A stretch of 64,000 bases of DNA from positions 1 to 64,000 of the forward strand of contig CAXNJO010000001.1 in the NCBI GenBank assembly GCA_964202905.1, in the 5' to 3' direction. The notes under the pieces were generated by a model that saw nothing but the letters and a program-made list of their open reading frames with translations, made no database searches and was not told the origin of the DNA. Source of the stretch: Polyangiales bacterium (GTDB lineage: Bacteria > Myxococcota_A > Polyangia > Polyangiales > JADJQN01). The translations under genes and the position numbers were made by a program. Shown one piece after another: positions 56,035 through 64,000 of the stretch; the first letter of the stretch is position 1, and each line of letters begins with the position of its first letter.

Positions 56035-57492
56035 ATGGACACACGGACGCTGGCGCTCGAGGTCGTGTTGATGTGGGAGGGTGCGCCCGTGCGCGCCGAG
56101 CTGTGGAGCGCACCGGGCAGGGTCACGGTGGGCGACGCGGAGGGCGCGGACTTCGTGCTGCCGACGGAGGCGCTCGCGGCGCCGTTCACGCTCGCGGAGG
56201 CCGCTGCGGGCGAGGACGCGTGGATCGTGCGGATCCCCGCGGGCGCGGACGCGCTGCTCGAGCAGGACGAGGCCGCGGGGCCGCGCGCGATCGCCAAGGA
56301 GACGCTGCCCGCGGAGGCCGATGGCGCGCGGCTTTTGCGCTGCACGCTCGGGACGCGCGCGCAGGTGCGGCTGGGCGCGTTCTCGCTCTTCGTGCGTGCG
56401 ACGACGCCCGCCGAGAAGACGCCCGCGGCGCCGCTCGTGCGGCTCGCCGATCACCGCTGGCTGCTCGCGTCGGTCGCGGTGCACGGCGCCTTCCTCGCGG
56501 GGATGTTCTTCATGCCGCCCGCGTCGAGCGCGCTCACGCTCGACACCGACACCGCGCAGCTGCGCATGCTGCGCTACACGCTCGAGGCCGCGGAGCGCGC
56601 GGAGCCCGAGCCGATGGTGTCACCCGACACGGAGACGGGCGCGCAGAGCGAGGGGCGCGCGAGCGCGGGTGAGGCGGGCACCGCGGGCGCACGCGACGAG
56701 ACACGGCGCACCGGCGGCGGCGCACGGGCGCGCGGCCCGTCGGAGGACACGCGCATCCCGCTCACGCAGGAGTCGGTGCGCACGGCGGGCATCCTCGGCG
56801 CGCTCGCGGCGCTGCGGCTCGACACCAGCGTGAGCTCGCCTTTCGGCGCGGCCGAGGCGCAGGGCGCAGGCACCATCGACGCGTACGGCGACCTCGCGGC
56901 GCTCACCGCGGGCTTCAGCGCCGGCACGGGCGGGCTCTCGATGCACGGCATCGGGCGCGGCGGCGGCTGCCAGGGCGGCGTCTGCGGCGCGGGCACCTAC
57001 GGGCTCGGCGACCTCGACGGAATCGGCGCGCGCACCGGCACCTGCGGCGCCGACGAGTTCGCGCGGCTCTCGGCGCAGCTCGGCCGGGCGCGGGCGATGG
57101 ACCAGTGCACGGGCACGGTCGGCCACAACGTCGGCCTCAGCGGGACGCGTCGCGGCCGCGTGCCGCCCCAGCCCCAGCCGACGGTCACCACGCTCAACGG
57201 CCTCTCGCGCGAGCAGATCCGGCGCACCGTGCAGCGCCACCTCGCGGAGGTGCGTCACTGCTACGAGCAGCGCCTGATCAGCCGGCCGGACCTCGAGGGC
57301 CGCGTGAGCGTGCAGTTCCTCATCGCGCAGAGCGGCGCGGTGCAGGGCGCGGTCGTCGACGCGGGGCGCAGCGATCTCGGGGACGCGCCGGCCGCGGCGT
57401 GCGTCGCGCAGGCCGTCTCGCGCTGGTCGTTCAGCCCGTCCGAGGGCGTGACCTCGGTGACGTATCCGTTCGTCTTCGCGCGGCCCGAGTGA
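56035..57492 (+). CDS. AgmX/PglI (GltG-like) protein with TonB-C-like C-terminal domain
   Basis: LEVVLMW N-terminus, one TM, Gly-rich linker, LSREQIRRTV..H...VRHCYE...LEGRV...VTYPF. Confidence 0.8.
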   Translation: MDTRTLALEVVLMWEGAPVRAELWSAPGRVTVGDAEGADFVLPTEALAAPFTLAEAAAGEDAWIVRIPAGADALLEQDEAAGPRAIAKETLPAEADGARLLRCTLGTRAQVRLGAFSLFVRATTPAEKTPAAPLVRLADHRWLLASVAVHGAFLAGMFFMPPASSALTLDTDTAQLRMLRYTLEAAERAEPEPMVSPDTETGAQSEGRASAGEAGTAGARDETRRTGGGARARGPSEDTRIPLTQESVRTAGILGALAALRLDTSVSSPFGAAEAQGAGTIDAYGDLAALTAGFSAGTGGLSMHGIGRGGGCQGGVCGAGTYGLGDLDGIGARTGTCGADEFARLSAQLGRARAMDQCTGTVGHNVGLSGTRRGRVPPQPQPTVTTLNGLSREQIRRTVQRHLAEVRHCYEQRLISRPDLEGRVSVQFLIAQSGAVQGAVVDAGRSDLGDAPAAACVAQAVSRWSFSPSEGVTSVTYPFVFARPE

Positions 57493-57670
57493 GCGGCGCG
57501 CGCGGCACGCGCGGATCGTGAGTCTGGAAAGAATGGAAGTAGGGGGAGGCCGGCGCGGAGTGTTTCGCGTCGGCCTCCTTCGCGTTCGGGCGGTGGCGAT
57601 GCGCGGCGTGTCGAAGCGCGTGATCTGCGGGGTGCGTGCGTGCGCGCGCGCGTCGGACCAAGGTCCGCGC

Positions 57671-58834
57671 GTGGAGCGCGCCTCGGTCTACGTGCACTTT
57701 CCGTGGTGCCTGCAGAAGTGCCCGTACTGCGACTTCGCGACGCGGCCCATCGCGCGGCCCGACGTGCCGCACGACGCCTACGCGGACGCGGTGCTCGCCG
57801 AGCTCGCGCGGCGCGCGGAGTCCTTTGGCGAGCGCGCGCTCGTGTCGGTGTTCTTCGGCGGGGGCACGCCCTCGCTCTGGTCGCCGCGGGCGCTCGGGCG
57901 CGTGCTCGACGGGATCCGCGCCGCGTTCCGCCGCGAGGAAGACGCGCTCGAGATCACCGTCGAGTGCAATCCCTCGTCGCTCGACGCCGCGCGCGCGCGG
58001 GAGCTCGCCGCCGTCGGCGTGAACCGGCTCTCGGTCGGCGTGCAGTCGCTCGACCCGCAGCGGCTCCGTTTTCTGGGGCGACTGCACGATCCGGAGGGCG
58101 CGCTCGCCGCGCTCGATCACGCGCTCGCCGCCGTGCCGCGCGTGAGCGGCGACCTGATGTTCGGGCAGCCGGGTCAGACGGCCGAGGAATTCGCGCGCGA
58201 GGTCGAGGTGCTGACCGCGCGCGGCTTGCGGCACGTGTCGGCGTACGCGCTCACCATCGAGCCGGACACGCAATTCGGCGCGCTCGCGCGGAAGGGGAAG
58301 CTGCCGCTCGCCCGCGAGGACGACGTCGCGGGCACCTTCGACACGGCGCGCGCGGCCTTCGCGGCGCGCGGACTCGCGCACTACGAGGTCAGCAACCACG
58401 CGACGCCGGGCGAGGAGTCGCGCCACAACCTGCACTACTGGCGCGGCGGCGACTACCTCGGGCTCGGCGCGGGCGCCGTCGGCTGCCTCGCGGTGCCGGG
58501 CACGCGCGACGCGCGGCGCTGGCGCAACACGCCCGACGCGCCCGCCTACCTCGCGGCCGCGCACGCCGGGGACCTCGACGCGCTCACCGCGGAGACGGAG
58601 ACGCTCTCACCCGGGGACCGCGCGCGCGAGGCGCTCATGCTCGGCCTGCGCACGGCGGAGGGCGTCGACCTCGATGCGCTCGCGGCGCGCACCGGCGTCG
58701 AGGTGCGCGCGTCCCGCGCGGCGGTGCTCGCGCGACGGCAGGCCTCGGGCGATCTCGTGCGCGAGGGCGCGCGGCTCCGTGTCCCGCACGGGCGCTGGCT
58801 GTTCCTCGACGGCATCGTCGCCGACCTCTTCTGA
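57671..58834 (+). CDS. hemW: Radical SAM heme chaperone HemW
   Basis: YVHFPWCLQKCPYCDF, FGGGTPS, YEVSN, HNLHYW. Confidence 0.9.
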   Translation: MERASVYVHFPWCLQKCPYCDFATRPIARPDVPHDAYADAVLAELARRAESFGERALVSVFFGGGTPSLWSPRALGRVLDGIRAAFRREEDALEITVECNPSSLDAARARELAAVGVNRLSVGVQSLDPQRLRFLGRLHDPEGALAALDHALAAVPRVSGDLMFGQPGQTAEEFAREVEVLTARGLRHVSAYALTIEPDTQFGALARKGKLPLAREDDVAGTFDTARAAFAARGLAHYEVSNHATPGEESRHNLHYWRGGDYLGLGAGAVGCLAVPGTRDARRWRNTPDAPAYLAAAHAGDLDALTAETETLSPGDRAREALMLGLRTAEGVDLDALAARTGVEVRASRAAVLARRQASGDLVREGARLRVPHGRWLFLDGIVADLF

Positions 58835-58920
58835 TCGCCTCCGGGCGCGGACGCGCGGCGGCGCAGGCGTCGATCGCGCGGATGACCCCGCGGGCGCGGG
58901 GCGCTACGCTCGCGCGCGAC

Positions 58921-59613
58921 GTGGCCGACGCACTCGACTTCGACGCAGTCACCGCGCGCGGCCTCGTGAAGGTGTACGGGCCGACGCGCGCCCTCGCGGG
59001 CGTGGACATCACCCTCGCAGCGGGGTGTGTGACCTCGATCGAAGGCCCGAACGGCAGCGGCAAGTCCACGCTGCTCGGCCTGCTCGCGCTGCTCGCGCGG
59101 CCCACCCGCGGCGCCATCCGCTACGGCGCGCACGACGCCGAACACGGCGGTCCGGCGCTGCGCGCGCGCATCGGCGTGCTCGCGCACGCGGCGATGATCT
59201 ACCCCGACCTCACGGGCCGCGAGAACCTCCGCCTCTTCGCGGAGCTGCACGGCCTCGCGGATCGCGGCGCGCGGATCGCCGCGATCCTCGCGCGCTTCGA
59301 GGTCGGCGCCTTCGTCGATCGGCCCGCGCGCACGTACTCGCGCGGGCAGCTCCAGCGGGTCGCGCTCGCGCGCGCGCTCGTCCACGCGCCGCGGCTCCTG
59401 CTGCTCGACGAGCCCTCGACCGGACTCGACGCGCCGTCCGTCGAGCGCCTCGCGCGCACCGTCGCGGAGGAGCGCGCGCGCGGCACGATCGTGGCGCTCG
59501 TGACGCACGACGAGCCGCTCGCGGCGCGCCTCGCCGACGTGCGGATCCGCCTCGAGCGCGGGCGGGTCGTCGCCGCGCCGACGCGCGCGGTGGCCCCGGA
59601 GGCGACGGCGTGA
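58921..59613 (+). CDS. ccmA: Heme exporter ATPase CcmA
   Basis: GPNGSGKST, YSRGQLQR, LLDEP; coupled to ccmB. Confidence 0.8.
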   Translation: MADALDFDAVTARGLVKVYGPTRALAGVDITLAAGCVTSIEGPNGSGKSTLLGLLALLARPTRGAIRYGAHDAEHGGPALRARIGVLAHAAMIYPDLTGRENLRLFAELHGLADRGARIAAILARFEVGAFVDRPARTYSRGQLQRVALARALVHAPRLLLLDEPSTGLDAPSVERLARTVAEERARGTIVALVTHDEPLAARLADVRIRLERGRVVAAPTRAVAPEATA

Positions 59614-60290
59614 TCGGCACGCTGCGGACCGCGTGGCTCGTCGCCGCGAAGGATCTGCGCATCGAGGCGCGCACCGGCGAGGTGGTGCTCTCGACGTCGT
59701 TCTTCGGCGCGCTCGTCGCGGTGATCGCGTCGCTCTCCTTCTACCTCGACGACGCGACCGCGCAGCGCCTCGCGCCCGGCGTGCTGTGGGTGAGCATCGC
59801 TTTCTCGGGCGTGCTCGCGATGGGCCGCAGCTGGGCGCGCGAGCGCGAGCACGATGTGCTGCGTGGCCTGCTCCTGACGCCCGCCTCGCGCGCTGGCGTG
59901 TATCTCGGCAAGGCGCTCGGCGCGCTCGTGTTTTTGCTCGTCGTCGAGGCGCTGCTCGTGCCGCTCGTCGCGCTCTTCTTCCACGTCTGGCTGCCACCCG
60001 TGCTGCTGCCGCTCGCCGCGCTGCTCGTGCTCGGGACGGTGGGCTTCGTGGCCGCGGGCACGCTGTTCTCTGCGATGACGGTGCGGACGCGCGCGCGGGA
60101 GCTCGTGCTCTCGGTGGTGCTCTTCCCGCTGGTGTCGCCCGCGCTGCTCGCGGGCGTCGTCGCGACGCGCGAGGTGTTCGGCGGCGCCGGGCTCGGCGAG
60201 ACGCTCGGCTGGGTGCGCATCCTCGCGGCGTTCGACGTCGTGTTCCTCGCCGGCGGGCTGCTGCTCTTCGAGCCGCTCATGGCCGACTGA
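59610..60290 (+). CDS. ccmB: Heme exporter permease CcmB
   Basis: KDLRIEAR, APGVLWV, LVLSVVLFPL; six TM segments. Confidence 0.88.
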   Translation: MIGTLRTAWLVAAKDLRIEARTGEVVLSTSFFGALVAVIASLSFYLDDATAQRLAPGVLWVSIAFSGVLAMGRSWAREREHDVLRGLLLTPASRAGVYLGKALGALVFLLVVEALLVPLVALFFHVWLPPVLLPLAALLVLGTVGFVAAGTLFSAMTVRTRARELVLSVVLFPLVSPALLAGVVATREVFGGAGLGETLGWVRILAAFDVVFLAGGLLLFEPLMAD

Positions 60291-60317
60291 GGTCGTCACG
60301 CGCGACGGCGCGCGCGC

Positions 60318-60929
60318 TCAGCGGAACGACTCGATCAGCTCGAGCGCGAGCGGGCCCCCCCAATCGCGGGCGCCGTCGACGCGCGCGCGGATGAGACCGC
60401 GCTTGTCGACGATCCACGTCTCCGGGTAGAGCCGCGTCCCGTAGCGGCCGCGGACGATCGCGCGCTCCGGGTCGAAGAGCACGGTCATCCGCGTGCCCGA
60501 CGGCAGCACGCTCGCGACCGCGTCGTGGCCTGCGTCGGTGCTGATCGTGACGAGCTCGACGTCGTCGAAGCGGCGCCGCAACGTGCGGTCGAGCGCGTCG
60601 AGCGCGGGCAGCTCCTCGACGCAGGGGCCGCAGGTGATGGACCAGAAGTTCATCACGACGACCTTCTTCCCGCGGCGCTCCGAGAGACGCCAGGGCCGGC
60701 CGTCCTTGTCGCGCAGCGTGAAGTCGGGCGCCGTGCGGTCCTCGCCGTGGTAGCCCTGCGGCGGGGTCTCGCCGGCGGCGATCGCCTCGTAGGCCTGGTT
60801 GCCGATCATCGCGCGGAGGGGCGCCTCGCGGCGGCGCGCTTCGCCGTCGGCCGCCGCGCCCGCGAAGAGGAACGCGAGCGGGAAGCCGAGCAGCAGGGCG
60901 AGGAGCGTCGCGTAGGTCTCGCTGCGCAT
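60318..60929 (-). CDS. TlpA/ResA-like thiol-disulfide oxidoreductase
   Basis: APDFTL, NFWSITCGPCVEELP, YPETWIVD. Confidence 0.88.
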   Translation of the reverse strand: MRSETYATLLALLLGFPLAFLFAGAAADGEARRREAPLRAMIGNQAYEAIAAGETPPQGYHGEDRTAPDFTLRDKDGRPWRLSERRGKKVVVMNFWSITCGPCVEELPALDALDRTLRRRFDDVELVTISTDAGHDAVASVLPSGTRMTVLFDPERAIVRGRYGTRLYPETWIVDKRGLIRARVDGARDWGGPLALELIESFR

Positions 60930-61091
60930 GGACGGGGTTGCTTACGTGCGCCGCGCGCGGGGCGCAAGGCGTCCCGGCGGGACGCAGTCCTGGCACAGAT
61001 CGACACAACACGGCGCGACGCGCACGTCGGAGGGCGGGCGTTGCCCCGCGCGAAGACTTGGAATCTAATGGCTTTTCCGCCGTCCCCGGCA

Positions 61092-61107
61092 TGGCACAAC
61101 TCCTGCT
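61092..61107 (+). promoter_or_regulatory. Sigma54 -24/-12 promoter
   Basis: TGGCAC-AACTC-CTGCT, upstream of RBS GGAGG and ATG 61131. Confidence 0.7.
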
Positions 61108-61130
61108 CAAGCCCTCCGCGGAGGACGACG

Positions 61131-62420
61131 ATGACCCAACCGACCCGCACCACGCTGCCCCTGACACTCGCGGCCCTCGTCGCCGCCGGCCTGCTCGCCG
61201 GCTGCTACGAGACCCAGCCCCCCGGCACCGCGTGCCCCCCGGCCTTCGAGCCGGTGTGCGGCGACGACGGGATCACCTACGCGAACGAGTGCGACGCGGC
61301 CGCGGCCGGCGCCAGCGTCGTGCGGCGTGGCCCGTGCGAGACGGGCAACGCTTGCACGTCCGACACGGACTGCGACCTCGGTGCGGTCTGCGACGCGTCG
61401 CCATGCCCGGTGCCGAGCTGCGCCCCGGGGTCGCCCTGCCCGACGCCGCCGCGCTGCGACGCGGGGGGCACCTGCGAGGCGTGCGTGTGCACCGCGGAGT
61501 TCGCGCCCGTCTGCGGCGCAGACGGCGTCACCTACGCCAACGCCTGCCAGGCGCGGTGCGCGCACGTCGCGGTCGCACGCGCGGAGCCGTGCGACGCGTC
61601 GTGCGAACCCGTGCTCTGCGAGCTCTACTGCGAGTACGGCTTCGCCCCCGGGCCCGATGGCTGCGAGACCTGCAGCTGCAACCCGCCGCCCTCGTGTCCG
61701 GAAGACGCGCGCTGCGGCCTCTACTGCGAGTTCGGCTACGTCCGCGACGCGCGCGGCTGCGAGACCTGCGCGTGCGTGCCGCCGCCGACGTGCGAGCCCG
61801 TCCTCTGCGACCTGTACTGCCCGTACGGCTTCGCGCGCGGTCGCGACGGCTGTGAGCTCTGCGCGTGCGTGCCGCCGCCGACGTGCGAGCCCGTCCTCTG
61901 CGACCTGTACTGCCCGTACGGCTTCGCGCGCGGTCGCGACGGCTGTGAGCTCTGCGCGTGCAACCCCGGTCCGGAAGACCCCGGCTGCCTCGACGACATG
62001 GCGTGCCTCGCCTCGGGCGCGGGCGACTACTGCGACTTCTCGATGCCCATGTGCGCCACGCCGGACTGCAGGCCGGACGAGCCCTGCCCGCCCGCGGTCT
62101 GCTACGGCACCTGCGCGCGGCGCGTCGACTGCCCGGTCATCACCTGCGAGATCGCTTGCGAGTACGGCTTCGGGCGGGACGAGAGCGGCTGCGAGATCTG
62201 CGCGTGCAACCCGCCGCCCCCGACGCCGCCCGCGGTGCGGCTGTGTCTCAGCGCGTCGGCGTGCGCGCTGATGGGCGAGTACTGCGACACGAGCGTGTGC
62301 TTCGCGGCGCCCTGCCCGCCCGGCATGGCGTGTCCCGCCGTCTGCTACGGCGTCTGCGCGCCCAGCTCGAGCGGCGGTGGCAGCAGCGGCGGCAGCGGCG
62401 GCACGCCGACCCCGCGCTGA
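61131..62420 (+). CDS. Cys-rich lipoprotein with Kazal and antistasin-like protease-inhibitor repeats
   Basis: LLAG-C lipobox; two PVCG.DG.TYAN.C motifs; five C...C.[YF]G[FY]....GCE.C.C repeats. Confidence 0.85.
   Translation: MTQPTRTTLPLTLAALVAAGLLAGCYETQPPGTACPPAFEPVCGDDGITYANECDAAAAGASVVRRGPCETGNACTSDTDCDLGAVCDASPCPVPSCAPGSPCPTPPRCDAGGTCEACVCTAEFAPVCGADGVTYANACQARCAHVAVARAEPCDASCEPVLCELYCEYGFAPGPDGCETCSCNPPPSCPEDARCGLYCEFGYVRDARGCETCACVPPPTCEPVLCDLYCPYGFARGRDGCELCACVPPPTCEPVLCDLYCPYGFARGRDGCELCACNPGPEDPGCLDDMACLASGAGDYCDFSMPMCATPDCRPDEPCPPAVCYGTCARRVDCPVITCEIACEYGFGRDESGCEICACNPPPPTPPAVRLCLSASACALMGEYCDTSVCFAAPCPPGMACPAVCYGVCAPSSSGGGSSGGSGGTPTPR
61768..61961. repeat. Exact 93-bp intragenic tandem duplication
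   Basis: PPPTCEPVLCDLYCPYGFARGRDGCELCAC is encoded twice, offset by 93 bp. Confidence 0.9.
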
Positions 62421-62912
62421 TCAGCGGCGCGGCGCGAGCGGATCGGCGACGGCCTGCGGGGTGACGCGCAGGCCGTCGACGCGCAGGTGCACGCCCGCGT
62501 CGTCCTCGTCGAGCAGCGCCCCGAGCTGCACCTGCGCGTGACGGTCGAAGCGCGCCGCGAGGCGCCCGCCGCGCGCGTCGCAGTAGAGGGCGTCGTCGGG
62601 GCCGAGGCGCAGCGTCCCGGGGTCGAGCGGCTCCTCGCGGCCGTCGGAGAGCCGCAGGCGCACGTGGTCGCCCTCGATCGACACGGCGCGCACGAAGAGC
62701 GGCGCGCCCTCGATCGTCACGTACGCCCAGCCGAGCTCGTTGCGCAGGCAGAGGCGGCCGTCCTCGGCGCGGTCGACCCACGCATCGAAGGCGCGCACGA
62801 GGTTCGCGTGCTCGAGCGGCACGCCATCCTGCGACCAGCGGCCGGCCGCGTCGCGCACGATGGTCGTCTCGCGGGAGAAGCCCGGAGGGGGAACGAACGC
62901 GCCTGCTGGCAT
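62421..62912 (-). CDS. DUF1285-like hypothetical protein
   Basis: RDAAGRWSQDG, YVTIEGAPLFV, LSDGREEPLDP, ARFDRHA. Confidence 0.65.
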   Translation of the reverse strand: MPAGAFVPPPGFSRETTIVRDAAGRWSQDGVPLEHANLVRAFDAWVDRAEDGRLCLRNELGWAYVTIEGAPLFVRAVSIEGDHVRLRLSDGREEPLDPGTLRLGPDDALYCDARGGRLAARFDRHAQVQLGALLDEDDAGVHLRVDGLRVTPQAVADPLAPRR

Positions 62913-63089
62913 GCGGCCGACTGTGGGGTCGGCGGCGACGACGCGCGAGCCGTCGGCCACGCGAACGGGGGCGGCGCCCACCGCATCGACGCGCAGGCGC
63001 GGCGGGGCGCCGCACACGATTCGCACTGGCGGTGCAACGAACCGTTGACGGCGCGCCGCGCGGGGGAGAACTCTACCCATGTGCCTCGC

Positions 63090-64000
63090 ATGGGCCAACG
63101 GGGCGAGCGCCTCGGCGACTACGAGCTCCTCGAGCGCATCGGCATCGGCGGGATGGCCGAGGTGTGGCGGGCGCGCCGCGCGGGGGAGCACGGCTTCGAC
63201 CGACCGCTCGCGGTCAAACGCATCCTCCCGCACCTCGCCGCGGACGAGGAGTTCGTCGGCATGTTCGTCGACGAGGCGAAGCTCGCCGTGCAGCTCTCGC
63301 ACCCGAACATCGCCGCCGTGCACGACCTCGGCCGCTCAGGGGAGACCTGCTACCTCGTGCTCGACTACGTGCACGGCCGCGACCTGCGCCTCCTGCAGGA
63401 GCGCGAGCGCGAGTGGCGCTCTCCGCCCCACGCCGGCATCGCGTGCCACGTGATCGCGCGCACCCTCGAGGGGCTCGCGTACGCGCACGGCGCGAGCGAC
63501 GCGGTCGGGCGGCCGCTCGGGCTGATCCACCGCGACGTGACGCCGCAGAACATCCTCGTGTCGTTCGAGGGCGACGTGAAGATCGTCGACTTCGGCCTCG
63601 CGAAGGCGCAGGGCCGCGCGCAGGCCACGCAGGCGGGCGTGGTGAAGGGCAAGCTCGCCTACCTCGCGCCCGAGCAGCTGCGCGGGCTGCCGCTCGATCC
63701 GCGCGTCGACGTGTACGCGGCGGGGATCGTGCTGTGGGAGATGCTCACCGGGCAGCGGCTCTTCTATGCCGACACGGACCTCGACACGCTGCGCAAGGTG
63801 CACGCGGGCGAGGTCGAGCCACCCTCGCGCCTCAACCCCGCGGTGCCCCCGCAGCTCGACCACGTCGTGCTCACCGCCCTCGCCCGCGAGCGCGACGCGC
63901 GCTACCCGGGCGCGCAGGAGTTCCTCGACGGGCTCGAGGAGGTCATCTGGGAGTGGGGCGTCGTGTACAGCGCGCACCAGCTCGGCGCGTACATGTCGCA
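63090..64000 (+). CDS. Ser/Thr protein kinase (runs off the right edge)
   Basis: Manual translation: IGIGGMAEVW, AVKRILP, HRDVTPQN, DFGLAK, YLAPEQ. Confidence 0.92.
   Translation, partial: MGQRGERLGDYELLERIGIGGMAEVWRARRAGEHGFDRPLAVKRILPHLAADEEFVGMFVDEAKLAVQLSHPNIAAVHDLGRSGETCYLVLDYVHGRDLRLLQEREREWRSPPHAGIACHVIARTLEGLAYAHGASDAVGRPLGLIHRDVTPQNILVSFEGDVKIVDFGLAKAQGRAQATQAGVVKGKLAYLAPEQLRGLPLDPRVDVYAAGIVLWEMLTGQRLFYADTDLDTLRKVHAGEVEPPSRLNPAVPPQLDHVVLTALARERDARYPGAQEFLDGLEEVIWEWGVVYSAHQLGAYMS

Noticed and set aside
57671..58834. hemW as part of the novel rSAM system
   Set aside because: Ordinary housekeeping HemW linked to ccmAB, 24 kb away from the cluster.

Overview
GC-rich chromosomal window whose gene content (Cys-rich surface lipoproteins, GltG/AgmX-like protein, Ser/Thr kinases) suggests a myxobacterium; this is an inference. 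From left to right: (i) a lower-GC islet (1-3790) encoding, on the minus strand and missed by the ORF track, a lipoprotein built of at least 5.7 near-identical 396-bp/132-aa repeats, plus a partner membrane protein; (ii) gcvP; (iii) three tandem ~1.65-kb copies of an AAA-ATPase/PD-(D/E)XK nuclease gene, the middle one looking like a recombinant of the outer two; (iv) a Cys-rich lipoprotein with a lower-GC LamG tip, an esterase, pstA, a DUF2452-like protein and an ABC-F ATPase; (v) the most interesting part, a ~14-kb cluster (19.4-33.4 kb) with four radical SAM genes (five rSAM domains), a di-heme peroxidase, a Tat-exported protein, two possible ABBA-prenyltransferase-fold proteins, 2OG-Fe(II) and JmjC oxygenases, a GT-C-like membrane protein and a UbiA prenyltransferase, in which four proteins appear to share an unannotated ~60-90 aa module; (vi) housekeeping and envelope genes (kbl-tdh, helicase, kinase-PilZ, PHM-like monooxygenase, chaC, ceramidase, tRNA-Gly, lolC/E-like, FliJ-like, slt, dnaJ, broken vapBC, GltG-like, hemW-ccmAB, TlpA-like, Kazal/antistasin lipoprotein, kinase). 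Scattered single-base frameshifts in conserved genes suggest sequencing or assembly indels. Family calls come from motifs read by eye; no searches were run.
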